The notes under the pieces are model-generated. The model saw only the letters and a program-made list of their open reading frames with translations. It did no database searches and was not told the origin of the DNA. Shown piece after piece: positions 48,815 to 58,775 of a stretch of 64,000 nt of DNA; the first letter of the stretch is position 1; every line of letters begins with the position of its first letter. The stretch is taken from assembly GCA_963850305.1 (NCBI GenBank), contig CAWKKR010000008.1, forward strand, positions 608,001-672,000, given 5' to 3'. The stretch comes from an uncultured delta proteobacterium. GTDB lineage: Bacteria; Myxococcota_A; Polyangia; Polyangiales; Polyangiaceae. Both the position numbers and the translations under genes were made by a program.

Positions 48815-50062
48815 TCAGCGCTGTCCCGCGGCTCTCGACGCCGCGCCAAACCCTCGCGCCGCGGCGACGGCGAGATCCCGCGGAGCGTCGGGTCGCGGTA
48901 CGCCGGGCGGCGTCTGAACTGCCACCGACGCACCGGGCGACGACGTCGCAGCGTGAAGGGTCGAGAGCTCGGCACGGTCCGTCACGGCTGACGGGCCACC
49001 GAACGCCCACGCTGCCGTCGCTCCGATGATCACGCCGCCGAGGGCACTCGCCACGCCCACGATCGCGGGCCGTGCCCGGAGCTTCGAGAGCGAGGCGAGC
49101 TCATCCGGAGCGAAAACGCCAGGCCGAACTCGTCCATTGGCGACGCGCGGGAGTCGGTCGGTCGCGCGACGCCGCGGGGAGGTGTCGAGACTCGCCGGCC
49201 CCGCGAGGCGCCGTGCAATCCCTCCGAGTCGATCCGAGACCTCGCGCGCCGTCTGGACGCGCAGCTTTCGATCCTTTGCGAGACACGCTTCGACGAGTCG
49301 CGCGAGCTCCGGGTCCGTGGCGGGCGCGACCTCGAGGAGAGGGCGATGCGCCTTCGTGATGATCGAAACCATGAGCGCGTTGTAGTTCTTGCCGCGAAAC
49401 GGCGCGGCGCCCGTGAGGCACTGATAGAGCACCACGCCGAGCGACCAGACATCGGTACGGCCATCGACCTGCTCCGCACCGCGAGCCTGCTCGGGGCTCA
49501 TGAACTCGGGACACCCGAGCACCGCGCCGTGCCCCGTCTCGGTGCGGTCGCGTGCCGCGGGGCCAAGCGTCTTGCTCACGCCGAAGTCGAGGATCTTGGC
49601 GATCGGACGCCCGCCCTCCGGGTTTCGCGCGAGGAACACGTTCGCGAGCGACAGATCGCGGTGCACGATGCCAGCGCGGTGAGCGAGGTCGAGCCCGTCG
49701 GCAATCTGCGCCAAGAATGCCGCTACTTCGAGCGCGGAGAGCGGGCCGGTGCGCTCGAGCCGAGCCTCCAGGCTCTCTCCCGCGAGCAATTCCATGACGA
49801 TGAAAGGTCGTCCGTCCTCGGCCTGCGCGACGTCGAACACGTCGACGATGGCGGGATGGTCCAGGCTACCGGCCGTCTCCGCCTCGCGGATGAAGCGCTC
49901 GAGCGCGTCGGGCCGCTCGGCCAGCGCAGGCAACAAGAACTTGATGGCAAAGTTCTTCTGCGTGAGCTCGTTCTTGGCAGCCCAGACTTCGCCCATCCCG
50001 CCCACGTCCAGGAGACGAAGCAGTCGGTAGCGCTCGGATATGACGTCGCCTGGCTGCACCAC
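48815..50062 (-). CDS. Membrane Ser/Thr protein kinase
   Basis: GGMGEVW, FAIK, VHRDLS..N, DFG, FMSPEQ, DVWSLG; C-terminal TM. Confidence 0.92.
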   Translation of the reverse strand: MVQPGDVISERYRLLRLLDVGGMGEVWAAKNELTQKNFAIKFLLPALAERPDALERFIREAETAGSLDHPAIVDVFDVAQAEDGRPFIVMELLAGESLEARLERTGPLSALEVAAFLAQIADGLDLAHRAGIVHRDLSLANVFLARNPEGGRPIAKILDFGVSKTLGPAARDRTETGHGAVLGCPEFMSPEQARGAEQVDGRTDVWSLGVVLYQCLTGAAPFRGKNYNALMVSIITKAHRPLLEVAPATDPELARLVEACLAKDRKLRVQTAREVSDRLGGIARRLAGPASLDTSPRRRATDRLPRVANGRVRPGVFAPDELASLSKLRARPAIVGVASALGGVIIGATAAWAFGGPSAVTDRAELSTLHAATSSPGASVAVQTPPGVPRPDAPRDLAVAAARGFGAASRAAGQR

Positions 50063-50202
50063 CCGCGATTTGACCGGCCTAGACGAGAACGGCCAACAAT
50101 CCGTGCGACGCCCCGCCGGCGGCACGAGTCTTTCGTTAGAAGTTACCGACGCTTACCGAGGAAACAGGTCAACGACCTGAATCCTGGCGCCGGGCGTCGA
50201 AA

Positions 50203-51351
50203 TCAGGCGGGGCGCGCGCCCCCCGAGCCCGGCGTCGAAAGCCGCTGCTGCTGCTGCTGGAGATACTGGGCGACGAAGCGGGAGCGCTCGATCGCAAACT
50301 GTTTGACCTCACGATTCGGCGAACCCGCCAGCGCGTTCAGGAGGCGCGTGACCTTGTCCAGATCACGCGCCTGGAACAACGCCTCGAAGTAGTTGTTCGC
50401 GAGCCGAACGTCGCGGGCCATCTTGCCCTCGTGCGGCTGAAGAAGCTCGATGACCGATTTGAGGTCGCCTTTTTGCCCGTAGAGCGCGGAGAGCGAAATG
50501 AGCGCGAGCGCGTCGTCGGAGTTCCGTTCGACGCCCTTCTTCGCCCATTCGACGGCCTTCTCGCGCGTCTCCTCGTTCGCGGAATAGATCCCCTGGATCG
50601 CGACGAACGGGGCGGCGCTTTTCTTGTTCGGAGCGGCCTCCGCCAGCGTCGACACGGTGCGGATCGCTTCTTCCTCGTTCGACGTTTCGCGTACGTGGGA
50701 AAATAAGAGGGCCCAGGCGTCCACGCAGCTCGGGTCGATGGTGATCGCGCGTTCGATCGCCGCGCGCTCCTGGGTGCGCTCCTCCCGAGCTCGATGCACG
50801 CGCGCGAGGTGCAACGACGGATAGGGGCTTGCCGGCAGCAGATTCTGAGCTCCCTTCAGGGTGCTCTCCGCCTTCTCCCACCGCTCGAGCTGCATCTGGG
50901 CGACGCCGAGCCCGAGCCAATCGTCACCGCCCCCGCCGGCGGCGACGACCTTTGCGAGCACCTTCTCGGCCTTCTCGGCGCGGCCGTACTTCATGAGCTC
51001 CTGGGCGAACAGGCGACCGCGATTCAGGTCGTCCTTGCTCTCGTTCCAGTGCTTCTCGAGACCATCGAGGAGATCCTCGAGTCCGATGGTGATGGGGCGT
51101 CCCTCGGCATCCTGTACCTGAACTGCGGGCCCGTTGAACCCGAGGAGCTTCCACATGTCCTCGGGAGCCACCACGACGGGTCCGGACTTCAGCTTCGTCG
51201 TGAGCTCGTCCCCGAGTTTGTTGATCGGCAGGACGACGAGGGCGTTCTGCGGAATGCCTCCCTGGAAGGCGCCCACCGGGGCGATGATCGCCGCGGCGCC
51301 TCCAACTTGAAGGTTCGCGGCAGCGCCCTCGGGAACGTTCGGCTGGCTCAT
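50203..51351 (-). CDS. TPR-repeat protein
   Basis: Several TPR-like helical pairs; start at MSQPNV after AAAGG. Confidence 0.8.
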   Translation of the reverse strand: MSQPNVPEGAAANLQVGGAAAIIAPVGAFQGGIPQNALVVLPINKLGDELTTKLKSGPVVVAPEDMWKLLGFNGPAVQVQDAEGRPITIGLEDLLDGLEKHWNESKDDLNRGRLFAQELMKYGRAEKAEKVLAKVVAAGGGGDDWLGLGVAQMQLERWEKAESTLKGAQNLLPASPYPSLHLARVHRAREERTQERAAIERAITIDPSCVDAWALLFSHVRETSNEEEAIRTVSTLAEAAPNKKSAAPFVAIQGIYSANEETREKAVEWAKKGVERNSDDALALISLSALYGQKGDLKSVIELLQPHEGKMARDVRLANNYFEALFQARDLDKVTRLLNALAGSPNREVKQFAIERSRFVAQYLQQQQQRLSTPGSGGARPA

Positions 51352-51600
51352 CTCGTACCTTTCGCGAAGCTCGATGCACTGCGGCGCGACACTCGCGGCG
51401 CGCAGCAGCATGGAGCGCGGATCATGCAGAAAACGCGGGCGGACCGTAGCAGCGGCCAGAGGGTCCGGCAATAGCAGCACGGTCGGGCCCTCGGAGGACT
51501 CGGGGGGAGGGACCGAACACATTCGTCCCGGCCGCACCTCCGATCGGGCAGTCAACCGATTGGCGGCTCGCGAAGGGCGGGATTATATGGATCATCTCGC

Positions 51601-52635
51601 ATGAGCGGACAGGCTATCGTCCTCGCGGTCTTCGGCCTCGCGCTACTGATGGTGATTCACGAGGGCGGGCACCATTTCGTTGCGCGGGCCTTCAAGATGC
51701 GCGTCCTCCGGTTCAGCATCGGCTTCGGGCCCGTGCTGTGGCGGCACCAACCCCGCGGAAGCACGACGGTCTATCAGATCGCGCTGATTCCGTTTCTGGC
51801 CTACGTACAAGTCGCGGGCATGAACCCGTTCGAGGAGATCGACCCCGACGACAGCGGGAGTTACGCCAACGCCTCGCTGGCTGCGCGCATCGCAACGATC
51901 GGAGCCGGCCCGCTCGCAAACTACTTCTTTGCGTCGGTACTCTTCTTCGGCAGCCTCATGCTCGGGGGCGAGGCCGTGCCGTCGAATTCCACCGTGGTCG
52001 AGGTCATGAAAGGCGGCGCGGCGGCGAGCGCGCAGATGAAAACGGGGGATCGCATCCTGTCGATCGACGGTGCGCCGATCGACACGTTCGACGAACTGCG
52101 CCACATCGTGCTCCTCCATCCCGGCACCCGGCTTCGCATGGACGTGGACCGGAAAGGCCAGCAGCTCACCCTCGACGTGACGCCGGAACCGAAGGGAGAG
52201 AATGGAGGTGGTCAGATCATGGTGCAGGCAAGGATCGACCACATCCCGGTGACGGCGAAGCAGGCTGTCGTCAAATCGCTCGTCCTTCCTGCCATCGTCG
52301 TCGACCATCTGGTCGTCGGTCTCGCCCGGATCATCACGCGGAAGGAGAAGGCGGATCTCGCCGGACCGGTCGGCATCGTCAAGATCGCCGGCAATGCAGC
52401 CGAGCGTGGCATGGGCGAATATCTGGAATTCCTCGGAATGCTGAGCGCGTACCTGGGTGGGTTCAACTTGTTGCCTCTCCCGGCGCTCGATGGCGGACGG
52501 CTCGCCTTTCTCGGGTACGAGGCCGTCACCCGGCGCCGCGCGAACGCGCGCGTGGAAGCGGGAATCCATTTCGTGGGCCTCGTGATGTTGCTCACGTTGC
52601 TCGCCGTCGTTACCGTCTTCGACTTCAAGCGGTGA
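51601..52635 (+). CDS. rseP: RseP-like M50 intramembrane protease with PDZ
   Basis: IHEGGH, FSIGFGP, AGPLAN, GDRILSID, NLLPLPALDGG. Confidence 0.93.
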   Translation: MSGQAIVLAVFGLALLMVIHEGGHHFVARAFKMRVLRFSIGFGPVLWRHQPRGSTTVYQIALIPFLAYVQVAGMNPFEEIDPDDSGSYANASLAARIATIGAGPLANYFFASVLFFGSLMLGGEAVPSNSTVVEVMKGGAAASAQMKTGDRILSIDGAPIDTFDELRHIVLLHPGTRLRMDVDRKGQQLTLDVTPEPKGENGGGQIMVQARIDHIPVTAKQAVVKSLVLPAIVVDHLVVGLARIITRKEKADLAGPVGIVKIAGNAAERGMGEYLEFLGMLSAYLGGFNLLPLPALDGGRLAFLGYEAVTRRRANARVEAGIHFVGLVMLLTLLAVVTVFDFKR

Positions 52636-53459
52636 ATCCCCCGGCGCTTCGTGCAATCACGCTGACTGGCATCGGGCTGCACTCCGGACGCGCTGGTTCG
52701 CTCACGTTGTCGGCGATCGAGGGCCCGGTCGTCTTCCGAACTGCGCGCGGCGACGTCCGGATCGCGGACCTGGACGTGCTGCGAACGGATCTCGGCGTAC
52801 GCGTGGCGTGCCCGCGCGTCGGGCTGGACGTCGACAGCGTGGAGCACCTGCTCGCGGCGCTAGGCGGCCTGTCGCTTCACGACGGCGTCGCCCTGGAGGT
52901 CGAGGGCCCGGAATTGCCCCTCTTGGACGGCGCGGCGCGCGTGTTCGCCGATGCGCTGGTCACCCTCGGCGCACGGGCGCGAACGACGGATCTGGTCGTC
53001 GTCCGCGCCGGTATGGTCGAAGTCGGCGAGGCAAGGTACGAGTTCGAGCCCGGTTCGACGGTCGCGCTCGCGGTGAAGATCGCCTTTGCCGAACCGGGGA
53101 TCGGCACGGCCGACGCCACGTGGGACGGCACTTCCACGTCGTTCCTCGCGGACATCGCGTGGGCCCGAACGTTCGGGTTTCGCCGCGACGCCGGGCGGCT
53201 GAGGGCAACGGGGCGCGCGTCCGGCGCGAACCCGGAGGCCGTGATGATCCTGGACGATGCGGGTCACGTCGAGGCGCCCGGCGCCCCGGCGCAACCGGGT
53301 GAATTCGCGCGACACAAGCTCCTCGACCTCATCGGCGATCTTCACCTGTCCGGGGGGCCTCCGGTGGGGACCGTCCGCGCTTTTCGGCCCGGACACGCGG
53401 CGACCAACCGGGCGATGAAGGAAGCGTTACGTCGCGGACTCGTCGCGCCGCGAGCCTGA
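52632..53459 (+). CDS. lpxC: UDP-3-O-acyl-GlcNAc deacetylase
   Basis: GIGLHSG, VEHLLAAL, ELPLLDG, ARTFGF, RHKLLDLIGD, GH. Confidence 0.9.
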   Translation: MNPPALRAITLTGIGLHSGRAGSLTLSAIEGPVVFRTARGDVRIADLDVLRTDLGVRVACPRVGLDVDSVEHLLAALGGLSLHDGVALEVEGPELPLLDGAARVFADALVTLGARARTTDLVVVRAGMVEVGEARYEFEPGSTVALAVKIAFAEPGIGTADATWDGTSTSFLADIAWARTFGFRRDAGRLRATGRASGANPEAVMILDDAGHVEAPGAPAQPGEFARHKLLDLIGDLHLSGGPPVGTVRAFRPGHAATNRAMKEALRRGLVAPRA

Positions 53460-53474
53460 TACCCTCGACCTGCC

Positions 53475-54134
53475 ATGAAGTCCCTCGGGCTCGCCCTCGC
53501 CGCGACGGTCGCCCTTGTTTCGGCGATCGCGTGCGGAGCGGGCACGGTGAGTCTCGCAGGCGGCCCACGCGAGTACGTCGCGACCGACTACGAACGCGTG
53601 CTCGGCCGATGGACGCGTACGGAGATGCTCTTCGTCCCCGGTGAGCTGGACGACATGCTGACCGTCACCGCCACGTACGAGTCGTGGGACTTTCGCTGGG
53701 CTTACGTGGTGCGGTACGCGGAGGATTACCGCCTCACGGTGGAGCAACGAGGGGCACTCCTCGAGCGATCGCTCGACGAATCGGGTCGCTTTCATTCATT
53801 TTATGTCGCGCTCTACGCGCAGCGGCATCAATGGTCGGACCTCACGGCCGACAACGCGGCGTGGATCGTTCGGCTGATCGACGACCGCGGGGACGAAACG
53901 GCGCCGAGCGAAATCGACCCCATTCGAAAACCCGGAGCGATCGAACGAACCTATTTCCCCTACACATCGCCATGGCGGCGCGCCTACAGGATCCGATTCC
54001 CGGTCGCGCGCTCCGATGGGCGCCGCACGATCTCTTCGAACGCGCAATGGTTCGGGCTCAGATTTGCTGGCGCGCAGGGCAACGAACAACTCGTGTGGCT
54101 CGTCGATCGAAGCCAGCCCATGCAAAGTCCCTGA
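53475..54134 (+). CDS. Hypothetical lipoprotein
   Basis: AIAC lipobox; YERVLGRWTR, ATYESWDFR. Confidence 0.75.
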   Translation: MKSLGLALAATVALVSAIACGAGTVSLAGGPREYVATDYERVLGRWTRTEMLFVPGELDDMLTVTATYESWDFRWAYVVRYAEDYRLTVEQRGALLERSLDESGRFHSFYVALYAQRHQWSDLTADNAAWIVRLIDDRGDETAPSEIDPIRKPGAIERTYFPYTSPWRRAYRIRFPVARSDGRRTISSNAQWFGLRFAGAQGNEQLVWLVDRSQPMQSP

Positions 54135-55808
54135 TCACCCTGCGAGAATCTCGACGAGCGGGGGCACGCTCATCAAAAGTTCGTGAGCGACGCTGCGGGA
54201 GGCGAAGAGCACGAGCGCGCCCGAGGGACCTGCCCGAGCCATCGCTTTCGCCTTGCCCGCGCCGAGCACCTCGGCCGCGAAGAGAAAATCGCCGGGCGAA
54301 GCCTCGTCCGTGACCGCCTCGCCGCTCACGAACTCGACGCGGCCCGCGCCGACGACGTGTAGCCCTGGTACCACCTTCCCGGCGGGAACGATCGTCTCGC
54401 CGGGCGCGAACGACTTAACGTCCAGGCGCGAAAAGACCATCCCACGAAGCGAGTCATCCAGCCTGTCCCCGAGCGGACCAAGCGTTGCGCCGGCCAGAGC
54501 CTGAAACCGATCTCCGACGCCCTTGAGCTCGTCCGCGACCCACGGGCAATCCGACATGCTCGCCGCGAGCTCTTCGGCGCTCCATGATGCGACGACGGTG
54601 CCGTCCTCCAGCGCGACGACACGCACGGAGACCGCTTCTTCGAGCGTCCCGCCGGTGAAAACCACGTCTCCTGCAGCCGCGGTGCTCGCTGCCACATCGG
54701 CGATCGCCGGCATGATGCCGACCTTGCCCCGGGTTACGAGCGCGGCGCCGAACGAGCTGACCTCCTCTTCGGCGGCAAGCGACGTGAGCACGGCCGACGC
54801 CGAGAGACGGTATTGCGACGGCTCCGGTAGATCCTCGAACCCGCGGACCTGATCGAGTGCCACGCCGTCCACGAGGAGAGTCGGCGAGGGAATGACTTCC
54901 GCTTCCGGCTCCGCGTGGACGGAGGGCTCGGAAAAGGCATCCATCGGCGGCGACGGTGCAACCCAATCCATCTCGGGGCTGGCAGACTCCGGTTCGGCAA
55001 GGTGGTCCATGTCCGACGGCGGCCGAGGCTCATCGCGGTGACTGACCGGCGCCGAGACGCGAGCTCCGAACGGCTCGTCCTCGGTATCGAGCGCACTCGA
55101 CCCTTCCGGGTCCGCGAACGGGAAACGGTCGTCCTCGGATTCCGTCGCGACCGTGTTCGCGTCACTGACGTGTCGCAAATCTTCCGGCGGGAGCGGAGAT
55201 GATCCGAAGATCGCGTCTGGCGAGACGGAGCCTGAATGGCGCTCGGGACGCGCGCTGAAAATCTCGTCCGGATTGACGTCGAGCTCTTCTTCGGTTTGTT
55301 CCTCGTCATCGGGCTCGACGCTGACGGCGCTCGCGCGAGGCGGGGGCACGGACGAGTCGCTCGCGCCACCGGTACTCGGCGGCGGAATCGTCGGCGCATC
55401 GTCGTCGAAGTCGTCGTCCTCGCCGTCGTCGAACTCGAACGGGATCTCGCTCGTGAGCGAGTGTGCGCTCTGTCGAAACTGCGGCCGCGGAGGAGCCGGA
55501 ACCGAATCGCGGAGGAGCGCATCGACGTCCTGGTCCTCGCGCGATCCCCCGCTCGGCGGGGCAATCGAGTCGGGTGCCGCAAGCGCCTCCATGACGAGCC
55601 GATCCGCAACGTTGGCCGCCAGCCGCGTCAGATCGCGAGTGCGCTCGGGATTCCCCGCGCTGATCGCGGCCTCGACGGCGCGACGGAGCCAGAGAACCGC
55701 ATCGGCTCGGGCGCCGCGCTGCCATTGGACGGCGGCGGTCTGCAGCGCCCAGGCGACGTCATCGTCGTCGCCATCGAGCGGCGCTGGGATTACGGGCTCG
55801 CCATGCAT
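54135..55808 (-). CDS. Protein with tandem cNMP-binding-like domains and acidic disordered linker
   Basis: FAPGETIV..G....LHVVGAGRV...PGDFLF; a second degenerate copy upstream; helical N-terminal domain. Confidence 0.75.
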   Translation of the reverse strand: MHGEPVIPAPLDGDDDDVAWALQTAAVQWQRGARADAVLWLRRAVEAAISAGNPERTRDLTRLAANVADRLVMEALAAPDSIAPPSGGSREDQDVDALLRDSVPAPPRPQFRQSAHSLTSEIPFEFDDGEDDDFDDDAPTIPPPSTGGASDSSVPPPRASAVSVEPDDEEQTEEELDVNPDEIFSARPERHSGSVSPDAIFGSSPLPPEDLRHVSDANTVATESEDDRFPFADPEGSSALDTEDEPFGARVSAPVSHRDEPRPPSDMDHLAEPESASPEMDWVAPSPPMDAFSEPSVHAEPEAEVIPSPTLLVDGVALDQVRGFEDLPEPSQYRLSASAVLTSLAAEEEVSSFGAALVTRGKVGIMPAIADVAASTAAAGDVVFTGGTLEEAVSVRVVALEDGTVVASWSAEELAASMSDCPWVADELKGVGDRFQALAGATLGPLGDRLDDSLRGMVFSRLDVKSFAPGETIVPAGKVVPGLHVVGAGRVEFVSGEAVTDEASPGDFLFAAEVLGAGKAKAMARAGPSGALVLFASRSVAHELLMSVPPLVEILAG

Positions 55809-55881
55809 CCGGAAGGAGTTTCATACCATTCCATCGCCCGAGGTGGCGAGGCGGATGGAGACCCAGCTCCGCTCCGAACCC

Positions 55882-58491
55882 TCAATGCGCCTGAATCAGG
55901 ACTTCGCGATCCTTGGCGCCGTTCGGAGGGCCCACCATTCCGAGCTTTTCCATCATCTCCACCATCTTTGCGGCTCGGTTGTAGCCGATCGTCATCTTGC
56001 GCTGCAGCCAGGAGGTCGAGCAGCGACGCGTCTCGGCTACGATGCGAACGGCCTCGTCGAAGCGCGAATCCTGCGGGTCGTCGTCCTTCTCGCCGTCTTC
56101 TTCGTCGTCGGCACGCTGCAAGATGGCGTCGTGGTACGTGGGCGTCCCCTGAGCCCTCAGGAAATTCGTGAGCAAGTCGACCTCCTCCTCGCTCACGAAA
56201 GGACACTGGACGCGTCGCATCTCGTTCGAGCCGTTCATCTTGACCAGCATGTCGCCCTTGCCGAGCAGGAGCTCGGAGCCCTGCTCGTCGAGGATCGTCC
56301 GGCTGTCGACCTTCTGCGCTACGCGGAACGCAATGCGCGTCGGAAAGTTCGCCTTGATCATGCCCGTGATGACGTCCACGCTCGGCCGCTGCGTCGCGAG
56401 CACGACGTGCATCCCCGCGGCGCGCGCCTTTTGCGCGAGTCGTGCCACCGCAGTCTCCACGTCTTTCCCTTGCTGCATCATCAGATCGGCAAACTCGTCC
56501 ACGACGATGACGATGAACGGAAGCTTGCCCGGGAGGATCGCGCCGTCCGCGCCCTCCTTCGCGGATGGGACGCTCACGAGCTGACCGTCGGCGGCGATCG
56601 CTTGAACCTCGGTCGGGTCGGGTGGCGGGATTTCACCGTCCTCGATGCGCTTCACCCAGCGGTTGTAGGTGCCGATGTTCTTCGTGCCCGCGTTCGCGAA
56701 CAGCTGATACCGACGTTCCATCTCGTCGACGGCCCACTTCAGCGCCTTCGCAGCTTGCTTCATGTCCGTCACTACCGGAAGGAGCATGTGCGGAATTCCA
56801 TCGAAAGGCGCGAGCTCGACGACCTTGGGATCGATCATGAGCAGCCGCAGCTCGTCCGGCGTTCGACGGAACAGCAAGCTCGTGAGCATCACGTTGAGGC
56901 CTACGCTCTTCCCTGCGCCCGTCGCGCCGGCGACGATGACGTGAGGCATCGAAGCGAGATCCGCGTAAAACGGCGCGCCCACGATGTCGCGCCCGAGCAC
57001 GACCGGCAGCGGCGCCTTCTCAGCGAGCTGGTCGAATCGCTTGTCTTCGACGAGCTCCCGTAACCCCACCGGTTGTCGCTCGTCGTTCGGCAGCTCGAAC
57101 CCGATGCGGCTCTTTCCCGGAATCGGCGCCACAATGCGTACTTTGCGCGACAATCCGAGCGCCAGGTCGTCTGACAGGCTCGCGATCTTGCTCACCTTCG
57201 TTCCCGCCTCGGGAGCAACTTCGTACGTGGTCACCGTCGGCCCGGGATGAATCTCGACGACTTTCCCGGTCACGCCGTAATCGAGCAGCGTGCGCTCGAG
57301 CCGCTCCGACAGCTCGAACACGCGACGCTTGTCGACCTCGTTCACCGTGGGCGCCGTCGCGGCGAGAATATCCGTCGATGGCAGCTGAAACCCGCTCTTC
57401 TTCCGCGCGGGCCCACGGAGCGCGCGCTTCACCTCGAGCTCCTTGCTCGTGTCGACAATCGTCGGTTCGGCAGGAGCATCTGCCTTCGTAGCTCTGCGAG
57501 GCGGACGTTCGCCGACCGCTGGGACGACGCGCGGCTCCAGGATTTCTTGGTCGGGGGGCTCTCCCGCGTCGTCTTCCGTCAAAGTACCCTGGACCTCTTC
57601 CGGCCCCGCGTCGACGAATGGGACCCTCGAAAAGGGCGCAGGCATCGTGCCTGCGAGCGCCATGTTCCGTCGCGCCACGCCGTCACGCAGCGCCTCGGAC
57701 AGCGCGATCGGCGGGGGCCCAGTGCGCTCGACGGGCAACCAATCCGTATCGTCCTCTTCCAGGTGTGCGAGGATGGCATCGTCACGAGCGCTGTCGTCGA
57801 TCACCGGCGCGGCGGCGGAGCGCGCCGCATCCTCACGCGCGCGCCGGAGCGTCCGCGCTTCGCCCCATGCAACCCGCGAGCGCGAGAGGAGTCGCACGAG
57901 CGCGCCTTCGATGAATGCGACGAAGCGCGATACCCGGTCGACCCACTCGATGAACGAAAACTGGCTGCGGCCGATCAAAACGAGGCACGCAACGGTCGCC
58001 CCGACGAGGAACGACCCCACGGCCGAAAACAGCGCCTGCATCAGCTCGCCGAAAAACAGCCCAACGTTGCCACCCGCGGGCATGCCGCCGAAGACGTGGG
58101 CCGTCGGAGCCGCGATGTGAACCAAAGCCGACAGCACGACCCCCAGCACGAGATCGCCAGCGATGCGGAACGAGGTCACGGGCATCCGACCCGGACGGAA
58201 GAGCGGCCACGCGATCAGCCCGAACTCGACCGGCAGCAGCCAGGCGACGACTCCGAATCCGCGCGCAAGGGCTTCACCGATCGCCGTCCCGACAGGCCCT
58301 GCTGGCTCGGTGCCGATTACCGACGGATCCGCCGGGTCCACGCGAATTCCGGCGAGGGCCAGGACCAGGTACGCCGCCGCGGCGACGAGGAGGAGCGACG
58401 CCGCTTCGCGCGGTTTCCCCGCCGACGGGACGCTACCCTCGGTCCCCGGCGAGACCCCGAGCCGTCGAGGCGTAAATAAGTGTACGCTCAT
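55882..58491 (-). CDS. ftsK: DNA translocase FtsK
   Basis: 4TM N-terminus; AGATGAGKS, IDPK, VVDEFADLM, ATQRPSVDV; gamma domain LQRKMTIGYNRAA. Confidence 0.97.
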   Translation of the reverse strand: MSVHLFTPRRLGVSPGTEGSVPSAGKPREAASLLLVAAAAYLVLALAGIRVDPADPSVIGTEPAGPVGTAIGEALARGFGVVAWLLPVEFGLIAWPLFRPGRMPVTSFRIAGDLVLGVVLSALVHIAAPTAHVFGGMPAGGNVGLFFGELMQALFSAVGSFLVGATVACLVLIGRSQFSFIEWVDRVSRFVAFIEGALVRLLSRSRVAWGEARTLRRAREDAARSAAAPVIDDSARDDAILAHLEEDDTDWLPVERTGPPPIALSEALRDGVARRNMALAGTMPAPFSRVPFVDAGPEEVQGTLTEDDAGEPPDQEILEPRVVPAVGERPPRRATKADAPAEPTIVDTSKELEVKRALRGPARKKSGFQLPSTDILAATAPTVNEVDKRRVFELSERLERTLLDYGVTGKVVEIHPGPTVTTYEVAPEAGTKVSKIASLSDDLALGLSRKVRIVAPIPGKSRIGFELPNDERQPVGLRELVEDKRFDQLAEKAPLPVVLGRDIVGAPFYADLASMPHVIVAGATGAGKSVGLNVMLTSLLFRRTPDELRLLMIDPKVVELAPFDGIPHMLLPVVTDMKQAAKALKWAVDEMERRYQLFANAGTKNIGTYNRWVKRIEDGEIPPPDPTEVQAIAADGQLVSVPSAKEGADGAILPGKLPFIVIVVDEFADLMMQQGKDVETAVARLAQKARAAGMHVVLATQRPSVDVITGMIKANFPTRIAFRVAQKVDSRTILDEQGSELLLGKGDMLVKMNGSNEMRRVQCPFVSEEEVDLLTNFLRAQGTPTYHDAILQRADDEEDGEKDDDPQDSRFDEAVRIVAETRRCSTSWLQRKMTIGYNRAAKMVEMMEKLGMVGPPNGAKDREVLIQAH

Positions 58492-58775
58492 CTACTACCT
58501 GTGCATACATAGACCTACCCAACCGGAGATACAAGAACTCCGTGACGGAGCAATGCCCTTGCGAGGTTCACTTAATGAAGGAATCCGGTGAGATTCCGGA
58601 CGGAGGTGGAGCCACGCCGGAAAAATCCCACCAATCCGAGAATGGACACGGAACCTTTGGAGCAAGCTTGAGTGCACGCGAAAGTAGGTCGTATTATCCC
58701 GACTCCCCTGGCGATGAACGCCGGGAACGCGACGGCTCACGTCGCGAATTTGCACGGGGAACGGTAGGGATTCCA

